From contig CANPYF010000001.1 in the NCBI GenBank assembly GCA_947587925.1, positions 1 through 39,929 on the forward strand: DNA of 39,929 nt. Direction: 5' to 3'. This stretch comes from an uncultured Ruminococcus sp. Its GTDB lineage: Bacteria; Bacillota; Clostridia; Oscillospirales; Ruminococcaceae. The position numbers and the translations under genes are program-made. This document shows positions 7,876-15,687 of the stretch, piece after piece. The notes beneath the pieces are model-generated. The model did not search any database. It saw only the letters and a list, made by a program, of their open reading frames with translations, and had not been told where the DNA came from. Positions within the stretch are counted from its first letter, which is position 1. Every line of letters begins with the position of its first letter.

Positions 7876-10800
7876 AATTTCATAAGATCCTGCGATCTTT
7901 TTTCAAAAAGTCCTGTGGGCGATTGATCTATTATGTAAACATAACCTACGTTTTTCATTTTTGTAATAGTTGAATTGATAGTCAGCACACCAGTATTTCC
8001 GCTTTCACCTATAGATTTAAGATCGCAGCCTGCTGATCTGCCTGTTTTCAGCAAAGATATTACATTTGCAAGCGCTGCTGTCTGCTCGGTGAGAGAAAGC
8101 GCTTCAAATTTATCTCTTTTAGACTTTACTTTTTTGCCGGTATCACCAAGTTTTACATTAAAAGGCGCAGACTGCATTTTTTCAACAAGAATATCAAACA
8201 GTTCTAAATTATTTTCTGCGCTGATGCCGACGCTGTTCTCTGCCGATCGGCTCTTATCATTTTTATACTTTTCCATAAACGAACTGATCTTTTTTGCATA
8301 GTCGTAATGCTTTTTATCGAGTATGAGCGAAGCTGCAGAAGAAACACCAAGCTGTTTACCTCCTGATATTTTACAGGCAATATTCATTCTTAAGCCGTCT
8401 ATTTCCAGCAGTGTGTTAATTTTAACAGGGCGGTCACCCAGCGGAAATTCTATTCTGCTTTTGTCTATTTCCGTGTTCAATATGTCGGATAATTGTTTTG
8501 CAGCGTAATTTTTTGCATATTCTCTGTCGGAAGAATATTTTTGAGCATACATAAGCTCCACCGGTATAAAAGTCACCGCCTTGTCATACTTTACAAGTGA
8601 AAAATATGATGCCGTAGTTTTGTTATATCCGCCGTATTTTGCAGTATCAAGTCCTTTTTTCCTTTCGACAAGTCCTTCGCTTTTTTTCACCGGCTGCTGG
8701 TCAAACAGTCCGCCTTTGCGCCTGTAGCAGTATCTTACATATCTGATGCTGTTTTTGCTCATCATTTTTCTGACAATATCAAATGATACCGCCGGATCCC
8801 ACGCAACATTCCCGTACCTTTCTACCTTACGGGTAAGAAGTCCACTTTCCTTTCCGTTCGCAGAACGTTTGAAGATCTTCATGGAGTACTGTTCGCCGCT
8901 TTTTATAAAATTAAGCGGATTTTCGGTAAATTGCGTGTTGTATACATTTCCCATAACAATATTAAGGTAAGCGTCTTTAGCATGGTGAAGATCGTTGACC
9001 TCACGGCATTTGAGCATATCCATTTCATGACGAAAATCAGAGACAAGACCCGCTTTTACATAAACTATTTTCGACTCCGGACAAATTTCCTTTATTATAT
9101 TCGCCGCAGCCTTTGTCGATTGACTTGTTTCAACTATCTGCCTTGCAATAAATCCTGCCAGTTCTTCGTCTGAAAACGGTGTGCTTCGGGTAAGCCGCTG
9201 AAATTTCTTTTCAGATATGAGTTTTTTATCTTTAAGACTGCTCCAGAAAGGGCGCATTTTATTCTGAAATTTCTTTGGAACAAGGTTATCTCTCTTTTCA
9301 CCATTTGCTGCGGATTCCACAAGGACTTTGTTTTCAAGGCTGTCGTCCTTTACTTTTGCCTGCGGATAAATATGATCAATATTATAATAGCTGTCGCTTC
9401 CCAGTCTGTCAAAATCAATTGCATGTCCGGTATACATGCATCTTCCGAGTTGGACAAAATAAAGAAAATATTTTTCGCTCCTCAATCTGCCATCGTCAGT
9501 GGAATCAAGCTGCTCATTCAATTCCTTAATTCGTTCATTATCTGCCATGTCTTTAGCCGAATCAAGCATACCTTTGATCATCTCTCGCCTTGAATGTGTC
9601 CTTTTGCCCTTATCCTTATGCGTATTGTCCCTCGCCATCTCTATAAAGATCTTGTCGGGATCTTTTCCGATAATGCTTTTTATTTCCTTTACAATATCCA
9701 AAGTTCTTGTAACAGAACGTCTTACGGCTGTCGGGATATACATTTCTTCCATTCTTTCAGGAATGGTTTTTCTGTTAGCGGGGTCGGAATAATAATCTGA
9801 ATTGAACTTTTCAACAGAACTTCCGAATTGGTATTTTGAGCCGAGTACCTGCATAAGATTGTCGTTAGTTTCCCAAAGAATAGTAATAATATTCCTTTCC
9901 GAGCATAATTCTCCCGTCTTGGGATCTACCTCAAATATTTCTTCAAGAAGTTTTCTTGAAAGCCTGCCGTAATCCTTATATTTAAGGGCTGACAAGTATT
10001 TCACATCGCTGTCGTTCAGCTGCGGGAACTTATCCTTCAGCCATTTTTTAAGTCTTACGGTATCGGTGGTGACGGTTATTCTTTCGATTATATCTTCGGC
10101 ATCAGACTCACTTATCGTTCCCGACTTGATCAGCTTTTTCAGATCGTGGTAAGACCTGAGAGATGATTTTATCGTTTGGTCTATGCCGCCGACAGACTGA
10201 CCGTCTTTAAACTCTCCGCAAGCTTTCAGGCAGTTCTGAATAGCCTTAACAGTTACTTTTTGCTTCTTCATAAACAGCTCGTTATAGATCGTCTGTTTTG
10301 CGCTTACAGAAATTTTGCTGCCGTCCACGGTGATATTATTTATCTCATTAAGCACGTTGAATTTGCAATACAACAGCGAATTTTTAGGCAACACATCTTC
10401 CCCTGCCAGATATGTACATTTGCAGGTCATTTTTCTGATAAATTCATTTTCCGTCTCATCAAGATCTATCTTTTCCTCATAGTTCCAAGGATATATCCTG
10501 CCATTCGCCTTTCTTTTCATCCATGCAAAACTGCTTTTATCCTTGCTTACCAAAGGTCCGACATAATAAGGTATACGAAATTCCATAATGCTTAATATCT
10601 TATCGGAAACAGTGCCGTACTCGTCTTTTTCATTTAAAAAATCAAGATAAGCAGAGGCGTTTTCAAGTATCTTTTTAAGTTCGACATAATAAAGCTGATA
10701 GGGTATTACTCTGTTGTCGCTGATAACCTGTTTTGGACAAAGTTTAACGTTATCGCACTTTTCGATAAGCTCATCTGTAAAAGGCTTGTCCTGATCATCA

Positions 10801-11972
10801 GGCTGTATGTTTTTCAGGTATTTCGCCGTAAATTTGCAGAAGTCCTCCTGAGCGCATCTCTTATCTCCTTTATTAATGTAAGCCGTGTAATTATTAGCAA
10901 TTTTGGCGTCCTTGAAAATTTCATCGTATTGCTGTTTTGAAAGATACTTTTTGCAGATGTATTTAAGCTTTTGCAGATCTGCTTTGTGAATCTCATAAAC
11001 CTCCGCCTTAGCTTGCGAAATAAACCTATGTTTTCCCAGCGACCTGATAAGCAGTGCCTGATCGTTCAGTTTCTTTATAGAATCCAGCAACTCCCATTGG
11101 TCGTCCTCCAATGTGCCGTAAAGCCCGTCCAGCGTATCGTCAAAGTCCGCAGCCAAAACGGATACGGAGTCCTTGTCAAGTTCCTTGTAACCTTCATTTA
11201 TGAACATATCGGACAATTTGACCGTTCCGCCGCTAAGAAGTTTTATCATGCTGTCAAACCGCAGACTGTCACATAGATCGCTTTTCGGCTTTTTTCCGCC
11301 GAACCACAGTTCTGTCAGCTGTTTGTTTTTTATCGTAAAGGAGCTATCGGAATTCAGTATCGCCGACAATTTTTCAGGCTGACTGTCAAAAGGCAGTTCA
11401 TCACCGCAGATATTCGACAGAGCATTTATAAATCCGTTATGCAAAGGCTGAAAGTCACTGATCTTTTCGGCATTATTCTTATCCACAGAGAACAGAAAAT
11501 GACCTCTGTGCGCCAGAATATATGCGCACGCAAGATAGACCAGTCTTACGTCATGCGGTTCACTGCTTTCCATAAGTTCGCAGATCAAATGGTGGATCGT
11601 CGGGTATTTATCATAATAATCCTTATCGGTAAGATCTTTATCGTCAAACAATATATTTTTGGTGCGATGTTCGCTGTCCTCCGGCAGCAGACCGCTTTCT
11701 TTCAGTCTGAGAAAGAAATTCTTGTCCTTTTCAAGAACGGATTTTTCAAAAAATCCCCGAAGAAGTTCTATCCTCTGTTTCCGTCTGGCTGTACGCCGTC
11801 TGGCAGTACGAAAAGCTCTTCTGTCCGCCGACTGTTGCGCCTCGTCAAACAGATGTACGCCCCACATATTATTACCACGGAATTTTTTCAAAGCATATTT
11901 ATCATCTGTAACTGCCCACCCTACTGAATTTGTGCCGATATCGAGACCGAGAAAAATTTTTTCATTAAACAC
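7872..11972 (-). CDS. cas9: Type II-A CRISPR effector nuclease Cas9 (1366 aa, GTG start)
   Basis: RuvC-I 'LGLDIGTNSVGWA', Arg-rich bridge helix, 'FRIPYYVGPL', HNH 'IDHIYPQ…DDSLENKVLV', RuvC-III 'HHAKDAYL', C-terminal 'QSPTGLF'. RBS GGAGG at 11981-11985. Confidence 0.99.
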   Translation of the reverse strand: MFNEKIFLGLDIGTNSVGWAVTDDKYALKKFRGNNMWGVHLFDEAQQSADRRAFRTARRRTARRKQRIELLRGFFEKSVLEKDKNFFLRLKESGLLPEDSEHRTKNILFDDKDLTDKDYYDKYPTIHHLICELMESSEPHDVRLVYLACAYILAHRGHFLFSVDKNNAEKISDFQPLHNGFINALSNICGDELPFDSQPEKLSAILNSDSSFTIKNKQLTELWFGGKKPKSDLCDSLRFDSMIKLLSGGTVKLSDMFINEGYKELDKDSVSVLAADFDDTLDGLYGTLEDDQWELLDSIKKLNDQALLIRSLGKHRFISQAKAEVYEIHKADLQKLKYICKKYLSKQQYDEIFKDAKIANNYTAYINKGDKRCAQEDFCKFTAKYLKNIQPDDQDKPFTDELIEKCDNVKLCPKQVISDNRVIPYQLYYVELKKILENASAYLDFLNEKDEYGTVSDKILSIMEFRIPYYVGPLVSKDKSSFAWMKRKANGRIYPWNYEEKIDLDETENEFIRKMTCKCTYLAGEDVLPKNSLLYCKFNVLNEINNITVDGSKISVSAKQTIYNELFMKKQKVTVKAIQNCLKACGEFKDGQSVGGIDQTIKSSLRSYHDLKKLIKSGTISESDAEDIIERITVTTDTVRLKKWLKDKFPQLNDSDVKYLSALKYKDYGRLSRKLLEEIFEVDPKTGELCSERNIITILWETNDNLMQVLGSKYQFGSSVEKFNSDYYSDPANRKTIPERMEEMYIPTAVRRSVTRTLDIVKEIKSIIGKDPDKIFIEMARDNTHKDKGKRTHSRREMIKGMLDSAKDMADNERIKELNEQLDSTDDGRLRSEKYFLYFVQLGRCMYTGHAIDFDRLGSDSYYNIDHIYPQAKVKDDSLENKVLVESAANGEKRDNLVPKKFQNKMRPFWSSLKDKKLISEKKFQRLTRSTPFSDEELAGFIARQIVETSQSTKAAANIIKEICPESKIVYVKAGLVSDFRHEMDMLKCREVNDLHHAKDAYLNIVMGNVYNTQFTENPLNFIKSGEQYSMKIFKRSANGKESGLLTRKVERYGNVAWDPAVSFDIVRKMMSKNSIRYVRYCYRRKGGLFDQQPVKKSEGLVERKKGLDTAKYGGYNKTTASYFSLVKYDKAVTFIPVELMYAQKYSSDREYAKNYAAKQLSDILNTEIDKSRIEFPLGDRPVKINTLLEIDGLRMNIACKISGGKQLGVSSAASLILDKKHYDYAKKISSFMEKYKNDKSRSAENSVGISAENNLELFDILVEKMQSAPFNVKLGDTGKKVKSKRDKFEALSLTEQTAALANVISLLKTGRSAGCDLKSIGESGNTGVLTINSTITKMKNVGYVYIIDQSPTGLFEKRSQDLMKL

Positions 11973-12001
11973 TTGACAAACCTCCGATCATGTGATATAA
12001 T
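11973..12001 (+). promoter_or_regulatory. tracrRNA promoter, overlapping the cas9 RBS on the opposite strand
   Basis: Consensus TTGACA (11973-11978)-17 bp-TATAAT (11996-12001) with extended TG. Confidence 0.85.
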
Positions 12002-12007
12002 GTAATT

Positions 12008-12130
12008 ATAGGATTACTACCCTATAAAATTACACTACGAGTTCAAATAAAAATTTTTTCAAATCGTTCGGTAAAACCGTTCGCACAAGTGTTGTGCATG
12101 ACCCTGCTGAAAAAGCAGGGCTTTTATTTT
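12008..12130 (+). ncRNA. tracrRNA
   Basis: 25-nt perfect anti-repeat (12014-12038), then GAG bulge and TTCAAAT lower stem. Followed by 3' hairpins (GCACAA/TTGTGC; CCCTGCT/AGCAGGG) and a U-run. Ends are approximate. Confidence 0.93.
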
Positions 12131-12169
12131 GCTGTTTTACAAATTTACCAAACGGTAGTGTATAATTTT

Positions 12170-12198
12170 ATTATACTCCATAAAAACGACAATGTCAA
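12170..12198 (-). promoter_or_regulatory. Predicted cas operon promoter (Pcas)
   Basis: Consensus TTGACA (12193-12198)-17 bp-TATAAT (12170-12175) pointing toward cas9. Confidence 0.75.
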
Positions 12199-12357
12199 CC
12201 GTCCAAAAACTAATTGTGCCTTTGTCAGCACAATTAAAAAAACGGCGGTTTATATAAATTGAACGTATAAAATTTGGTGAAAATGCAGATGAGTTGCTGC
12301 TCGAATCCAATAGGAAAGGCGTTACCTAAAATCGCAAAAAATATTTTTTTACATAAC

Positions 12358-12397
12358 AAAAACCGTGTACTCAAAAAGCCTTGAATACACGGTTTTT
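12358..12397. terminator. Intrinsic terminator after tRNA-Met (likely bidirectional)
   Basis: AAAAACCGTGTA…TACACGGTTTTT inverted repeat. Confidence 0.75.
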
Positions 12398-12400
12398 CAA

Positions 12401-12477
<77 letters not shown>

Positions 12478-12625
12478 AAAATATATATATGAAATATCCT
12501 AACGCTTATATATTATACCATACTATTTATCCTGTTTCAAGGATATTTTTAAAACAAATTATTAACAATCAATAAAGAATAGCATTTGGACATGATTTCG
12601 GCACTTTCCTGCTTTTATCCTAAAC

Positions 12626-12657
12626 AAAAAAGCACGGCATATCTAATTTGCCGTGCT
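12626..12657 (-). terminator. Intrinsic terminator downstream of the gene remnant
   Basis: AGCACGGCA/TGCCGTGCT stem with a U-run on minus. Confidence 0.6.
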
Positions 12658-12699
12658 GTAAAAACGAGTTTAACAAAGTGTTTTATTCGCTATAACTTC

Positions 12700-13090
12700 T
12701 TAAATGTGTTCGCTTACTTCTGTACTCTTTAATGCAAGCCTATAAGCTCTCGCAAAATGATGATGTATCATGTCGGCTTTTCCCGCCCATTTTTCGGCAG
12801 GCGGAATATTTCCGCAAGCCGCATAAGTGACCGACATTTCTCTTATTGCCTGCCCCCCTGTAATAACTGTCATTGCTTTCCGCAAAAATTTCATTTCCAA
12901 GCTCCTCGATCTCTCTGCAAAATTTTATTTTATCCGTATCGTAATATGCTGACATGAGCTTTTCTTTTACCCTTATGTCATTCGGCAGCTTGTGATACGC
13001 ATCAAGCCATATATCAAGCGTTTCAGAGTATTTACCGTCACGGAAAAGCCTTTAGATCTGATTGCAGCTGCTGAATATATAATAACGCAT
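12700..13090 (-). pseudogene. Degraded gene fragment, helical/TPR-like, possibly from a clostridial HTH regulator
   Basis: A continuous protein-like reading (…GKYSETLDIWLDAYHKLPNDIRVKEKLMSAYYDTDKIKFCREIEELGNEIFAESNDSYYRG|QAIREMSVTYAACGN…) is broken by an in-frame TAA (13052-13054) and a frameshift in a G6 run (12853-12858). Confidence 0.6.
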
Positions 13091-13182
13091 TTCAGAAAAA
13101 ATTTCAATAACCCATTACTTTAACCAATAATACAAATGCTCAACTTTTGTTAGAAAACTGTGAAATGCTTTCACCGTTAAAG

Positions 13183-13214
13183 AAACCGCTGACAAAATCC
13201 TATGCCAGCGGTTT
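13183..13214. terminator. Intrinsic terminator of the trpB2 operon
   Basis: AAACCGCTG/CAGCGGTTT inverted repeat. Confidence 0.6.
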
Positions 13215-13326
13215 TTAGTCTTATTCGATTTGTTGTGCCGTTCCTCACTTGATGACATCGCGCATTAAAGCGCATAGGAAAAACTATCATATATTAGCGT
13301 TTTAAGTCAGGATCATTGCATATCCC

Positions 13327-14136
13327 CTAAATATCGCTTTGCTCGGACATATCATCAGCTTGTTCGGTTTGATCCGCTTCGGGATCGTTTATCTCCATAT
13401 CGGGGGTGATAATGCCCGCCTCATATTGAAGATTAAATATCTTCCAGCGTCTGCCTACCTTGCCCAGATAAAAATCCATGCGGTATACCTCGCTGCCGTT
13501 TGAGCCTTTAAAGGTAACGTCCGTAACGACTATGCAGGCTTCTTCGACCTTAGGCACAGTACCGTACTGCTGTTTGTACCCGTCAAGACTGAATTCTTCA
13601 AGCTTATCGGTACGCAGAATGTTAAATTCAAGTTTGAAGTTATCTCCGAATTCGTCGATAAAAACCGAATTGAATTCTTCCATATACTCCTCTTCCGTAA
13701 AGCCTGTGTCAGCAAGATCTTTTTCGTAATCGCGCTTCATCTCCTTTGGAAAGCAGGAAACATAATTATCAAAATCACGCTGATCTATGGCGGTAAGATA
13801 TTTTTCAACAATAATATCCGGCTCTTCGTTAAAGCCGAGCACGCCCGACGCAAAGAGCGACCCGAAAATAAGCACTGCGACTCCGACGGCTGCCACTATC
13901 AGTATACGGGTCTGTTTGGGATCGCGTTTTTTCCCGTTTTGAGTGCGTTCAGCGTATTCGCGCTTTTTTTGTTCGTAATATTCCGCTTTTTGCTCGGCTG
14001 TCATAAACCGCACGGGAGTCGTGCTTTTTTTATATTTATCCGCCGCCTTAGTTTTCAGATCGGGGTTGCCGTAACCGCAATGTTCGCAATAATCCCCTTT
14101 ATATTCTTTTCCGCATGATTTGCAAATTTTCATCAT
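13327..14136 (-). CDS. Hypothetical single-pass membrane protein with N-terminal zinc ribbon and acidic extracellular domain
   Basis: CKSC…CEHC, a basic linker, one TM helix (ILIVAAVGVAVLIFGSLFASGVLG), then an NTF2-like-looking domain ending 'GRRWKI'. Confidence 0.75.
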   Translation of the reverse strand: MMKICKSCGKEYKGDYCEHCGYGNPDLKTKAADKYKKSTTPVRFMTAEQKAEYYEQKKREYAERTQNGKKRDPKQTRILIVAAVGVAVLIFGSLFASGVLGFNEEPDIIVEKYLTAIDQRDFDNYVSCFPKEMKRDYEKDLADTGFTEEEYMEEFNSVFIDEFGDNFKLEFNILRTDKLEEFSLDGYKQQYGTVPKVEEACIVVTDVTFKGSNGSEVYRMDFYLGKVGRRWKIFNLQYEAGIITPDMEINDPEADQTEQADDMSEQSDI

Positions 14137-14142
14137 ATTTTT

Positions 14143-15513
14143 TTATTTGTCTACCTTGGGAAGTCCTGCAAATCCTACCGCAAGATCCTCATCAGTGGGA
14201 ATATAATCGCTCATTTCTCCGTCGTTATATTTCTGATATGCCACCATATCGAAATATCCTGTTCCCGTAAGTCCGAAGAATATCGTCTTTTCTTCGCCTG
14301 TTTCCTTGCATTTCAGAGCTTCATCTATCGCTACTCTTATAGCGTGGCTGCTTTCGGGCGCGGGGAGTATTCCCTCTACTCTTGCAAATTGCTGTGCCGC
14401 CGCAAATACGCTTGTCTGATCGACCGATGCAGCTTCCATAAGTCCGTCATGATAAAGCTGTGAAAGTATCGAACTCATACCGTGATAGCGAAGTCCGCCC
14501 GCATGGTTCGGCGAGGGGATAAATCCGCTTCCGAGCGTATACATTTTGGCAAGAGGGCATACCATTCCCGTGTCGCAGAAATCATACGCGAATTTGCCGC
14601 GTGTAAAGCTCGGACAGGAAGCAGGCTCTACGGCAACTATCCTGTAATCTGCTTCGCCGCGCAGCTTTTCGCCCATAAACGGCGCTATCAATCCTCCGAG
14701 ATTCGAGCCGCCGCCCGCACAGCCGATTATAACATCGGGCTTTTCGCCTATTTTATCAAACGCAAGTTTTGACTCCAAACCGATTATCGACTGGTGCAGT
14801 ACCACCTGATTAAGCACCGATCCGAGAACATATCTGTAGCCCTCTGTAGTTGTTGCCGCTTCGACCGCTTCGGATATAGCGCAGCCGAGACTGCCTGTCG
14901 TGCCGGGGTGTTCGGCAAGTATTTTTTTGCCGACGTTGGTGGTTTCCGACGGCGAGGGAGTAACGCTTGCGCCGTAAGTCCTCATCACCTCACGGCGGAA
15001 CGGCTTCTGCTCATAAGAGACCTTTACCATATACACCTTGCAGTCAAGACCGAGATATGCGCACGCCATAGACAAAGCGGTACCCCATTGTCCTGCACCT
15101 GTTTCGGTAGTAACTCCTTTAAGTCCCTGCTTTTTGGCATAATACGCCTGCGCGATCGCACTGTTGAGCTTATGGCTGCCCGAGGTATTGTTTCCCTCAA
15201 ATTTATAATATATCTTTGCTGGAGTATCGAGCGCTTTTTCAAGGCAATATGCCCTTACGAGCGGAGAGGGGCGATACATTTTATAAAAATCGCATATTTC
15301 TTCGGGAATGTCGATAAACGGCGTATCGTTATCCAACTCCTGTTTTATAAGCTCATCACAAAAAACAGCTGAAAGCTCCTGTGCGGTCATCGGCTGGAGA
15401 GTGCCTGGATTTAACAGCGGAGCAGGCTTATTTTTCATATCCGCGCGAACATTATACCATTTTGTAGGCATCTCAGATTCAGACAGATACGTCTTATAGG
15501 GTATTTTAGACAT
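14143..15513 (-). CDS. trpB2: Tryptophan synthase beta chain type 2 (TrpB-like PLP enzyme)
   Basis: 'SGSHKLNSA' (PLP lysine), 'TETGAGQWG', 'GGGSN', 'HAGGLRYHG', 'PAPESSHA'. Promoter TTGACA-17-TATACT at 15572-15600. Confidence 0.95.
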   Translation of the reverse strand: MSKIPYKTYLSESEMPTKWYNVRADMKNKPAPLLNPGTLQPMTAQELSAVFCDELIKQELDNDTPFIDIPEEICDFYKMYRPSPLVRAYCLEKALDTPAKIYYKFEGNNTSGSHKLNSAIAQAYYAKKQGLKGVTTETGAGQWGTALSMACAYLGLDCKVYMVKVSYEQKPFRREVMRTYGASVTPSPSETTNVGKKILAEHPGTTGSLGCAISEAVEAATTTEGYRYVLGSVLNQVVLHQSIIGLESKLAFDKIGEKPDVIIGCAGGGSNLGGLIAPFMGEKLRGEADYRIVAVEPASCPSFTRGKFAYDFCDTGMVCPLAKMYTLGSGFIPSPNHAGGLRYHGMSSILSQLYHDGLMEAASVDQTSVFAAAQQFARVEGILPAPESSHAIRVAIDEALKCKETGEEKTIFFGLTGTGYFDMVAYQKYNDGEMSDYIPTDEDLAVGFAGLPKVDK

Positions 15514-15687
15514 GACAAAAACTTCCTTTCATCTTTTACGGCTGCCGACCGTGAATATTTTGTACAATAAAAGTATATCATATTCATAATTTTTTGTCAA
15601 TACTTTTTCAACATTTCGACATAAAAATCAATTTTTGCAATATATCTCGGTTTGTGAGGTGAAGCTGAGATATTTTATTCATCTTTT

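Noticed and set aside
11900-12013. Possible long tracrRNA acting as a natural single guide (S. pyogenes tracr-L type)
   Set aside because: The visible promoter starts transcription only a few nt before the anti-repeat. I saw no upstream guide or repeat-mimic segment and no second promoter.
12211-12236. Hairpin TAATTGTGC/GCACAATTA upstream of Pcas
   Set aside because: Could be a second terminator or an operator, but nothing supports a specific call.
13230-13326. Short stems in the 3' region of the zinc-ribbon gene
   Set aside because: Weak pairing and no recognisable RNA motif.
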